Shown here: piece by piece, positions 56,386-64,000 of the stretch
How the letters are laid out: the number at the start of each line of letters is the position of its first letter
How positions within the stretch are numbered: position 1 is the stretch's first letter
Virus record (IMG/VR): IMGVR_UViG_3300037067_026753
Strand: one strand, 5' to 3'
Length of the DNA: 64,000 nucleotides
Origin: a virus
Made by a program: the position numbers and the translations under genes
The notes under the pieces: model-generated
The model's input: the letters and a program-made list of their open reading frames with translations, nothing else
Database searches by the model: none
Told to the model about the DNA's origin: nothing

Positions 56386-56982
56386 TTATTGACATAGGAT
56401 TCCACTCTTTACGAAAGCTTTATCAAGTTTCTTGAGCTCTATATGGATTTTTTTGTCGATATCTTGCCATGTCATCCCTGTCAGTTCAAAATATATTGCT
56501 AAACGTTCTTCTAACCATGCTTTCTTGTCAGGAACTTCATTAAAGGAAGGAACACCGTGGTATCTGTCAGCTAAAGACTTAAAACCTACGTCATCAACTA
56601 TACAAGACTTATATTTGTCTGGGATCTTGTTCCAAATTGTTTTCACAAATATCGGGCATTTTTCATTACCATCGTATATGTAATAAGGAACTTCTCCAAC
56701 ATTTTTTATTTTTATTGTCTTACCTATCTTTATAGCCATCCATTTGACTACAAGAAAAATGTAATCTCTTTCTGGTTCGCAAGCATTGTAATCAAAACCG
56801 ATAGCATTTTTCCTGTGATCATAAGACAAGCCTGTAGAATCTGCTATGTTTATTGCTAGTCGCGAATAATTATCTTTTTGATTGAATAATTGTGCAGGTT
56901 CTACATAGTGCTCCTGCAAAAATTCCCACATTTTAAGTAAGAGGACTTTGTTTTTTGCAATGCAAGAAATGCTATATCCCAT
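56386..56982 (-). CDS. hypothetical protein (198 aa); third gene of the ATPase module
   Basis: 3-nt gap to the upstream gene. Confidence 0.45.
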   Translation of the reverse strand: MGYSISCIAKNKVLLLKMWEFLQEHYVEPAQLFNQKDNYSRLAINIADSTGLSYDHRKNAIGFDYNACEPERDYIFLVVKWMAIKIGKTIKIKNVGEVPYYIYDGNEKCPIFVKTIWNKIPDKYKSCIVDDVGFKSLADRYHGVPSFNEVPDKKAWLEERLAIYFELTGMTWQDIDKKIHIELKKLDKAFVKSGILCQ

Positions 56983-56984
56983 TG

Positions 56985-57422
56985 TTACACCTCGACATAA
57001 ACCGAATGCGTGAATTCTGGTGCCCTGACATCAGGCACGTCTTTAATTGTCATACCCAGTCTGACAGCAATTACGACTTCACCATCCTTATCAGACCATG
57101 AAAGGATTCCTTTTTTATATTCAAGGTCGTCTATAGGACCAGAACATTTGGAACGAAATTTTCCATTTTTTTTGCATTCTACGACAAGTTTCTCTTTTCT
57201 TCTGCTTATAACTTCAGCAGCAATTAGATATTCTTTTTTCGTTTTCGAAACTGCTTTCTTGATTGGTTCGCATTTCACAATGAAGTAATTCTGGTGAGTG
57301 AAAACTTTCTCCATGACATCTTCTGCTTCTTTAAAAGTCATGGGGTCATTGCCTACGAAATGCAGTTTGCCATTATACTTCCACATGATAGCATAGAAAG
57401 GTTTCATATTCCCTCCAATCAT
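56985..57422 (-). CDS. hypothetical protein (145 aa); second gene of the ATPase module
   Basis: ATGA overlap with the ATPase gene. Confidence 0.45.
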   Translation of the reverse strand: MIGGNMKPFYAIMWKYNGKLHFVGNDPMTFKEAEDVMEKVFTHQNYFIVKCEPIKKAVSKTKKEYLIAAEVISRRKEKLVVECKKNGKFRSKCSGPIDDLEYKKGILSWSDKDGEVVIAVRLGMTIKDVPDVRAPEFTHSVYVEV

Positions 57423-58075
57423 TTATTGCTTGCCTTTATTAAAGCTGCAATTTCATCGTATACTTTTTCGTTTCTTGCAAAAAGATCTTCAAGATTACCA
57501 GGTTCGTCAACAGTATTAAGCCAAGTTTTAAGATCAGAACAACCACCAACCCGGAGATGAGACGGATTCAAGGGAAGTAACTGACGGATCAAAGGCTTGC
57601 TGTGAGAAATAACAACAACAACAACACCTTTTGTCAGAGCCGGAAGGTTTTCGACAAATTCTTTTATTTTGACACCAACAGCACCAGAATATTTCTCGCT
57701 GAGCCCAATATCAAGCTCATCCCAAATAATATAATGTTCGTTTTCTCTTTTCTGGCAATTTTTAATACCATTGACTACGGTTAATGCAGTCAGATAACCA
57801 GTAGAATTGTATGACTCATCACCATATATCATAGCAGAAGGAATGCCTGAAGAGCTACGCCCTTGTTGCGAAAGATGTATTACCTCGAGCTTCATTTGTT
57901 TTAAAATGGTGTAGTAAATACGACGGACAAAAGATTTTCCAGTAGCATTTTCTCCGGTGACTACGACAATGTCTTTGTGCCCAGGGTCAAAGTGTGTGTT
58001 TAAAGGACCATTGAGACAAGCGAGCTCACACATATCCGTAGTTAGAGCCACCATGTTCTTGGTTGAGTATTTCAT
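57419..58075 (-). CDS. small P-loop NTPase (ABC/AAA_21-like minimal ATPase)
   Basis: Walker A VTGENATGKS. Walker B YIIWDELD. Possible Q-loop (SQQ) and H-loop (ISHS). Leaderless-type promoter CGATATAAACCGT then ATG. Confidence 0.55.
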   Translation of the reverse strand: MKYSTKNMVALTTDMCELACLNGPLNTHFDPGHKDIVVVTGENATGKSFVRRIYYTILKQMKLEVIHLSQQGRSSSGIPSAMIYGDESYNSTGYLTALTVVNGIKNCQKRENEHYIIWDELDIGLSEKYSGAVGVKIKEFVENLPALTKGVVVVVISHSKPLIRQLLPLNPSHLRVGGCSDLKTWLNTVDEPGNLEDLFARNEKVYDEIAALIKASNK

Positions 58076-58550
58076 ACGGTTTATATCGTATTAAATAGAC
58101 TACTCAACCAATATATATTGTTTTTTAAATAGTTTCGCTAGAAGCCTGAAGAAAATGTTTTCTTTAGAAAATACAATGTCCGCAATATCTTTTCATTTTG
58201 CTATAATTTTCTCATATTCTTCGTCAGACAAACTTGTCCAAAGTAATTCGCCTGTTTCTTCGTCTACTAAGTTCCAGTGACTAAATTCGCCATTACCAGT
58301 AAATTCTTCATGTAATTTGGGTTTCATTTTTTATCTCCTTTATTTACAGCACATTTTTTACACCACATAGCCACTATGCATAATTCTCCATCAAGATCAG
58401 AATGTTCTTTCATTGTTTTGCCTGATGTGTATAACGAAACAAACTTGCCACATTGTTCACAGTTCATTGTAGATTTATTCTTCATAGAGGAATTTATATC
58501 TTTTCTAAGGAACTGTTATTATAATTAGTTCACAAGGAGAAAAACAAAAC

Positions 58551-59099
58551 ATGATTAAACATATTTATACGAAGTCTAGACGTGAAGTCGAGCATGCAAT
58601 CATTACCGGTACAAGGTTATCAAAACAAACTTGGGCTTTAATATCTATTTGGAGTGGAGAAGAGCTTGTAACTCCTTTTAAGAATAGAGAAACGCTTGCA
58701 AGAATTGGATGTCCTGAAGCTTTGAGCGTTCGGTTTTCAGATGTCACAAAAGATGAATTTGAGAAGCGAGACCTTGCAAAAAATGGGTGTGTACTTTTTA
58801 CAGAAGAAGCGGCAAAAGAAATTGTCAAGTTTGTCAACAAAATCAATGACATGGAAATACCAGACTTGTTTATACATTGTGCGGCTGGAATTTCAAGATC
58901 ACCTGCTGTTGGATTATTTACTTGCAAATATCTAAATTTGGATGAAGCAGAGTTTAGAAAAGCAAATCCTCATATTTTACCAAATTTTTATGTTCTTAAT
59001 ATTCTAAATCAAGTCTCAGGTATAAATTCTAATTATACCGAGTTTTGGATGACTCAAGAAAACATTGAAAAAAGAAACAAATTAGCTGAATTGTTTTAA
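58551..59099 (+). CDS. CX5R protein-tyrosine / dual-specificity phosphatase-like
   Basis: HCAAGISRSP matches HCxxGxxRS. Confidence 0.6.
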   Translation: MIKHIYTKSRREVEHAIITGTRLSKQTWALISIWSGEELVTPFKNRETLARIGCPEALSVRFSDVTKDEFEKRDLAKNGCVLFTEEAAKEIVKFVNKINDMEIPDLFIHCAAGISRSPAVGLFTCKYLNLDEAEFRKANPHILPNFYVLNILNQVSGINSNYTEFWMTQENIEKRNKLAELF

Positions 59100-60026
59100 A
59101 TGAAAGAATTCAGAAAAACACAAGAAGGAAGATTCATTTGTGAAGAATGCAATGAAACTTTTTCATCAAAAACGTTTTTAAGTATTCATAATATCAAGAA
59201 ACATTGTTTGTCTCCAAAACAATATTATGACAAATGGATTAAAGAAGAAGGTGAAGGAATTTGCGAATATTGTGGAAAAGAAGCAAGATTTATAAGAAGC
59301 GATACTGGATATCAACCAACCTGTTGCAGAGAACATGCTCACAAAATTGCTTTTAAAAAAACTAAACAAACAATGTTAAATAATTCTGGTGTAATAAACA
59401 ATTTCCAAAGAGAATATGTAAAGACTAAAATAAAACAAACAAATGTAAAAAAATTTGGATTTGATAACCCAAATAAGAACAAAGATGTTTTGCTTAAAAG
59501 ATCTAACACTTGTTTGAAAAAATATGGAACAAGTGTTGCTATGAAATCTGATATTGTAAAAGAAAATGCGAGACAACTTTGTTTTAAAAAATACGGAGTA
59601 TACTATAGTTTCCAAAGAGAAGATGTAAAACAAAAAATTACTGCTATTATTCTTGAAAGATATGGTGTTGAGCATCCATCGCAAAATTTAAGTTCACATA
59701 ACAAAGGATTAAAAACAAGACTTCTCATTAAAAATTTTAATGGAACAAATATAACTTATCAGGGTTCTTTTGAACTTGATTTTCTTGTTCATTATTTTGA
59801 TAAACTTGAAATAAGAAACGGATTGTCATTTAGATATGGGAAAAGAATGTATCACTCAGATTTTTATTTACCAGAATTCAATATGATCGTCGAAATAAAA
59901 AGCAGTTGGACTCTAAAATTAGATAATTTTATTAATGAAAAATCAAAAACTGTTGTCGATCATGGATTCAAGTTCATTTTAATTGTCAACAAAAACTATG
60001 CTGAATTTGATAAAGCTATCTCTTGA
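59100..60026 (+). CDS. C2H2 zinc finger, internal ~35-aa repeats and a C-terminal PD-(D/E)xK nuclease-like domain
   Basis: CEECNETF…HNIKKH (C2H2). Repeats of the form …FQREYVKTKI…KKFG. C-terminal D-x12-EIK (HSDFYLPEFNMIVEIK). Confidence 0.5.
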   Translation: MKEFRKTQEGRFICEECNETFSSKTFLSIHNIKKHCLSPKQYYDKWIKEEGEGICEYCGKEARFIRSDTGYQPTCCREHAHKIAFKKTKQTMLNNSGVINNFQREYVKTKIKQTNVKKFGFDNPNKNKDVLLKRSNTCLKKYGTSVAMKSDIVKENARQLCFKKYGVYYSFQREDVKQKITAIILERYGVEHPSQNLSSHNKGLKTRLLIKNFNGTNITYQGSFELDFLVHYFDKLEIRNGLSFRYGKRMYHSDFYLPEFNMIVEIKSSWTLKLDNFINEKSKTVVDHGFKFILIVNKNYAEFDKAIS

Positions 60027-60504
60027 GAACTTCTCTTATGATTTTCTCAGTATTGACAGTTTGCTTAAAGCCTTGCGGAGTCATAGTAATCCCAAGAGTC
60101 TTTTCGACAACTTTCTTGTCATTTGCTTGCATCGTTTCGTGATCCTGGAATTCCCATCTGACTTTTCCAATTGCTTTTGCATCCCCCAGTTTGAAGTCCG
60201 AAATGACATCAAGTTTGTACTGGTCAGGGAAATCTTCTCCCCAAGCAACAACCCATTGGTTTTCGCCGCTCTCCATGATCCTGCCTCTGGGTAAACCCCG
60301 ATAATTGTCCTCGATGAGTTCTACAGCTTTGTCTCTGTATCTGCGGCGAAGCAAGTTGACAATAGTATCCCAGAGCATGAGATGCACGGCTTCATTTCCT
60401 TCATCGTCATGCTCGGAATAAATAGTGTAATTACCTGTCTTCGGGTCCGGGACAAGGTAGAACACGCCAGTCTTGGGTTTTTCAAAAGCTTTTTTCTGTT
60501 CCAT
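60016..60504 (-). CDS. hypothetical protein
   Basis: ORF. Confidence 0.4.
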   Translation of the reverse strand: MEQKKAFEKPKTGVFYLVPDPKTGNYTIYSEHDDEGNEAVHLMLWDTIVNLLRRRYRDKAVELIEDNYRGLPRGRIMESGENQWVVAWGEDFPDQYKLDVISDFKLGDAKAIGKVRWEFQDHETMQANDKKVVEKTLGITMTPQGFKQTVNTEKIIREVLKR

Positions 60505-60699
60505 TTACGATTCTTTCTTAGGTAAGACCTTCAAGGTCGCAACAGCTTGTTGCAGATTGGTAATGCACTTCTTGGCGATTTTGAGCAACTCTCCATCTCC
60601 ACAAGAAGAGCAGAACAACATTCCGTTGATTTTTACCGTTGCATCTTTTTGGCAGAAGCAGCAACAGCCTTGTTTGACTTTTTCAACGACAATCATAAC
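60505..60699 (-). CDS. Cys-rich small protein (start MIVVEK)
   Basis: CCCFC…CSSCG. SD taaggag. AACGATATAGAC upstream. Confidence 0.4.
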   Translation of the reverse strand, partial: VMIVVEKVKQGCCCFCQKDATVKINGMLFCSSCGDGELLKIAKKCITNLQQAVATLKVLPKKES

Positions 60700-60880
60700 G
60701 ATCTCCTTATAAAACGAAGATAAAACCTCGATGTCTATATCGTTTAGAAGCTTAATTGCTGCCGAATTATTTTCGACGACCAATGAAGATTGTTAAAAGA
60801 AGCAGAACGACTGTTACTCTTGTCATTTTTCTACTGCTTTTATAGAGTCATTGGATATTACCAACAAGAGAGGAGTTTTT

Positions 60881-61633
60881 ATGAATATTATTCCAGATGT
60901 TTGGCGGTACAGTGAGGCGGCTGATCACGGGCCAAAAGCTTTAGACAATTTTGAGTTTCTAAAAGACAAAAAACTCACTAAAAACGATCACAAAGAATGT
61001 TTTTCTTATGTGAGCGAGGAAGAGAAACGTGTTGTATTTGTTTTTGCTGGTACTAAGGGCAATCTGAAATCATGGGCAAAAGATTTCTTGGCTTTGCCTT
61101 TGAAAAAAGATAGTCTGATTAACACAAAAACAAATGAACCCGGTATTATTCATGCTGGCTTTTATGAACTGTGGTTAAAATCAAAACAAATGGTTGATGA
61201 TACTCTTGTTAGAGCAGGTGACAAAGAAATAGTAGTTGGGGGAATGAGTCAAGGCGGGGCTCTGGCCGTATTGTGTGCAAGACATTTAGTCAAGAACAGA
61301 AATGTCAATAAATCAAATCTTACTCTAGTCACTTTTGGAGCTCCTGCACAAGGAATTGGAGAATATGCAACTCAAGTGAATGAATTGCTTAGCATGCATT
61401 ATAGAGTTGTAGATGGTTATGATATTGTTCCTACAATGCCGCCAGCAGTGGCTGGGTTTGTACATTCAGGTAGTTTAATTTGGCTAAAAGCACCTTGGTG
61501 GCACAAACTATTCATATTTATGAAAGTCCGTGCTCATTTCTATTCTTCTTACACCAAGGGTTTATTGAAGAAATTTACTAAACTCGAGGACCAAACTGAA
61601 TTGAAAATAGTATTAAAAAGGGTATCAATCTAA
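60881..61633 (+). CDS. class-3 lipase (alpha/beta hydrolase)
   Basis: GMSQGGALAV (GxSxG nucleophile elbow) and a lipase_3-like FAGTKG…W motif. SD agaggag. Confidence 0.6.
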   Translation: MNIIPDVWRYSEAADHGPKALDNFEFLKDKKLTKNDHKECFSYVSEEEKRVVFVFAGTKGNLKSWAKDFLALPLKKDSLINTKTNEPGIIHAGFYELWLKSKQMVDDTLVRAGDKEIVVGGMSQGGALAVLCARHLVKNRNVNKSNLTLVTFGAPAQGIGEYATQVNELLSMHYRVVDGYDIVPTMPPAVAGFVHSGSLIWLKAPWWHKLFIFMKVRAHFYSSYTKGLLKKFTKLEDQTELKIVLKRVSI

Positions 61634-61797
61634 TCAGTCTCGTAAGGCACGAGCACATCAAGTTATTGGGGCTATAGGATCTGTAGTCCCATCTTTTTTG
61701 GGTTCTTCGGCCTCGTCTGCTCTACACAATTTAGTCTGTTTATCGAAAAGCTGACACCCGACTAAAATGCAATAGTAATAATTTTTGGGTTTTGTCA

Positions 61798-62190
61798 TTA
61801 CTCACCTGGCTTATCGATTACTCGAAGATGTGCTACTCGAGCATTGAAGATACAACAGAATGTGCTGTCTATGTAATTGTAAACAATTTTACCCATGTAC
61901 CACTGTTCTTTACGATCTCCGAACTCATTGTCTATGATTTGTGCGATTTTAAGCTCTGCTTGATAGAGTTTGTTCGATTCGCTTTCGCTCACGCACACTT
62001 CAATTGCGGCCCCATTTTGGAAAAGTAAAGCAATATTCGGATTTAAGACAAGTAGTCTTTCACATTCTTTTTCAAGAGCCCCGGTAATAAGTTCAGTGAG
62101 TCCATCAGAATATTGGGTGAATCCACCAGTATACATCCAGGTGCCGTTTGGATTTTGGATGATACATACTTTATATGTCATTTCGTCCAT
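61798..62190 (-). CDS. hypothetical protein
   Basis: SD aaaggag. Confidence 0.4.
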   Translation of the reverse strand: MDEMTYKVCIIQNPNGTWMYTGGFTQYSDGLTELITGALEKECERLLVLNPNIALLFQNGAAIEVCVSESESNKLYQAELKIAQIIDNEFGDRKEQWYMGKIVYNYIDSTFCCIFNARVAHLRVIDKPGE

Positions 62191-62388
62191 GTCACGCTCC
62201 TTTATTCGAGTTTACGTACCCATGAATTTTCAAAACTCGTATCAGCTCCGAAAACCTCTGTTATCTTGTCTCTGACAGTGTGAACAGCTTTGCAGCCTTC
62301 TGTCATATGTGGGTCATAAGTTTTCGTACGAGATAACGGTTACAATCACGGTGAAAACTGATGTTGATACTACATTTTTCTCTCCGTT

Positions 62389-62868
62389 CTATTTGGATCG
62401 AGTTTTCTTGGGAAACAGAGATGTTTTTCTTGGGACAGGGCTCTTTTTGAGAACAGCAAGAACTCGCTGGTAGCTCAAACCGACTACTTTGCGTTTGCTT
62501 TTGTATTTTGTCCATCCGCAAAAAGCACATTTCAACCCATAAGACTGCTCAACAAGACATGATTCGTTACAAGAAGGACATTTGAGTTTTTGTTTCTTCG
62601 CTTTAATGGGAGCATAATTTTGACAAGTGTGCTCAACTGCTTTTAAGAATTCATAAATTGCATAGGCATGTTGTTTTTTGCGGGGGCAATGTAAGTGCTT
62701 ATCGTAACAGAACACGAATTTGTTTCTGATCCATAGACCGTGTTTCGTTTTAGTACGACCAAACTTGATATCTTTTACGGGTATTTCAACTTTTGTTATA
62801 TTAACAATTACAAAACTGACAGCTAGTCTTACTGGCAGACTGTTTAAATTGACATAATAATCTTTCAT
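62389..62868 (-). CDS. zinc-ribbon hypothetical protein
   Basis: CPSCNESC…CAFCG. Confidence 0.4.
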   Translation of the reverse strand: MKDYYVNLNSLPVRLAVSFVIVNITKVEIPVKDIKFGRTKTKHGLWIRNKFVFCYDKHLHCPRKKQHAYAIYEFLKAVEHTCQNYAPIKAKKQKLKCPSCNESCLVEQSYGLKCAFCGWTKYKSKRKVVGLSYQRVLAVLKKSPVPRKTSLFPKKTRSK

Positions 62869-62877
62869 GATCTTCCT

Positions 62878-63081
62878 TTAATAAAGTGTTGCTATCTTTT
62901 CTTTATCACGAAAATTATTGGTTTCGTAATAACCAGCAGTTAAAGACGATCTTGCTTCATTAAAGGCTATAATCTCTCGAGCTGATTTTTTGACGGTACC
63001 TTCGTGCTTGTCCACTGTACAAAAATCATGATCAAGCAGATCTTGGTCTTGAATCATTCTTATTAAGTCTCTGCCCTTCAT
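62878..63081 (-). CDS. small protein, tandem paralog 1 (MKGRDLIRM…)
   Basis: About 65% identical to 63279..63482. Confidence 0.45.
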   Translation of the reverse strand: MKGRDLIRMIQDQDLLDHDFCTVDKHEGTVKKSAREIIAFNEARSSLTAGYYETNNFRDKEKIATLY

Positions 63082-63278
63082 AATACTTCTTTCTACGACT
63101 GAAAAAGCCAAGAAAAAGAAATCCACATGCAATTATTGAGTGCAAAATTCCTGTAATAAACGTGTTGAAAGAAGTGACTTTAACAAGGTCGGTATGCAAT
63201 AACAAGCTTTCAGTATAACACTGTAAAGCCATGCCGGAAAACAACACGAAGACAATATTAAACAACCTATCTTTTTCC

Positions 63279-63482
63279 TTAGTTAAAAATTGCTATTTTT
63301 TCATCGCTGTTAAAATTATCAGTTTCGTAATAACCACCAGCAGAGGACAATCTTGCATCGTTAAAGACTATAATCTCCCGAGCTGATTTTTTGATAGCAC
63401 CTTCATGTCTGTCCACCGTACAAAAATCATGGTCGAGTAGATTTTGTTCCCGAATCATTTTTATTAAGTCTCTGCCCTTCAT
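63279..63482 (-). CDS. small protein, tandem paralog 2 (MKGRDLIKM…)
   Basis: See paralog 1. Confidence 0.45.
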   Translation of the reverse strand: MKGRDLIKMIREQNLLDHDFCTVDRHEGAIKKSAREIIVFNDARLSSAGGYYETDNFNSDEKIAIFN

Positions 63483-63548
63483 AGTTTCTTCCTATTCTAT
63501 TTCCTTGTCAATATTTTATAAAAACAATATCGATTATCTTCAGAAAGG

Positions 63549-63758
63549 TTGCCAATGACAAAAGAACAATGGCAAAGTTTAAAAGTCGGTGATTTTATCT
63601 ACTCAAAAACTGGAAGTAAACGAGAAATCGTAAAAATCTCCCAAAAAAATGGATTAACTGATTGTGTTTCTTTAAAAATTTTGCGTCATTCAAAGTACAA
63701 CGATAAACTAACCGTTTATTGCGCAAACGATCGTAAACACTGGCAGCTTAAATTGTAA
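63549..63758 (+). CDS. hypothetical small protein
   Basis: ORF. Confidence 0.35.
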   Translation: MPMTKEQWQSLKVGDFIYSKTGSKREIVKISQKNGLTDCVSLKILRHSKYNDKLTVYCANDRKHWQLKL

Positions 63759-63999
63759 CCCAAACAGTAGTAGACAGTTTTTCAACATTGATTGGTACGT
63801 AATTTTTTGACTCAATACGAAATTTTTCGGGTACATCGAAGCTAAACATTTTGTATTTTTTATCTCCTGCTAAAATAGCAGCTTCTTTATCAAGGATATT
63901 TATCTTTGTTTTCAAGAAAGCCAAATAGGTATACAGACCTGTAAATACATTATTTTTGACACAGACAAAACCGGCTTCGAGAAGCAATTGAACGGTCAA
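63748..63999 (-). CDS. hypothetical protein, probably 5'-truncated by the window edge
   Basis: The ORF runs to the last frame position of the window. Confidence 0.3.
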   Translation of the reverse strand: MTVQLLLEAGFVCVKNNVFTGLYTYLAFLKTKINILDKEAAILAGDKKYKMFSFDVPEKFRIESKNYVPINVEKLSTTVWVTI

Positions 64000-64000
64000 A

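Noticed and set aside
1-64000. CRISPR array or cas genes
   Set aside because: No regularly spaced identical 25-40-nt direct repeats were seen. The repeated ~27-nt elements in 18-39 kb are upstream of start codons with variable 200-1100-nt gene-length spacing, so they are promoters and not CRISPR repeats.
1-64000. Genetic-code reassignment (TAG read as sense) suggested by the CUA tRNA
   Set aside because: Gene density and ORF lengths under the standard code look normal across the whole window, including next to the tRNA. There is no pattern of TAG-truncated ORFs.

Overview
This 64-kb window appears to be three pieces. Two AT-rich flanks (1-17.9 kb and 47.0-64 kb, roughly 33-36% GC by eye) carry cellular-type and eukaryote-like genes. 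Between them, at about 18.0-47.0 kb, sits a ~29-kb island that is richer in GC (roughly 48-52%).

Left flank: a GluR0-like ligand-gated K+ channel, a PspA/IM30 membrane-stress operon, a rhomboid protease, a GNAT acetyltransferase, a tRNA with a CUA (amber-suppressor) anticodon next to a PTH2-type peptidyl-tRNA hydrolase, a tightly coupled operon with YkgJ-type CxxCxxCC proteins, an HNH nuclease and a Rossmann-like protein, an HExxH peptidase-like protein, a CaCA Na+/Ca2+ antiporter and a LamG-domain surface protein.

Right flank: a minor type IV pilin operon (PilX-, PilW- and PilV-like), a small Walker A/B ATPase in a coupled three-gene module, a CX5R phosphatase, a C2H2 zinc-finger/PD-(D/E)xK protein, a class-3 lipase and many small Cys-rich ORFs.

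The island is the most striking part. Its left arm (18.2-39.3 kb) is an array of about 40 mostly single-gene cassettes, all on the minus strand. Each cassette is preceded by a nearly invariant upstream element: (TTGGCA-N17/18-)CRCGATATAGYT-ACTAACAAGGAGAGA-N5-8-ATG. Many cassettes end in hairpin terminators. Among them are an FtsK/SpoIIIE-type DNA translocase, a 725-aa GHKL ATPase, two SWIM zinc-finger paralogs, a lysine-rich histone-like protein and a J-like domain protein. A divergent region (39.3-40.3 kb) holds a GC palindrome and iteron-like AGCYGYTC repeats. A rightward arm (40.35-46.85 kb) is a C-depleted (G+T-rich) operon of small proteins, including an RHH protein, a paralog family sharing a C-terminal KFKWLA motif, and a SAM methyltransferase.

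No integrase, CRISPR array, rRNA or phage structural gene was recognised. All annotation is by eye from sequence motifs, with no database search, and the host taxon is unknown.
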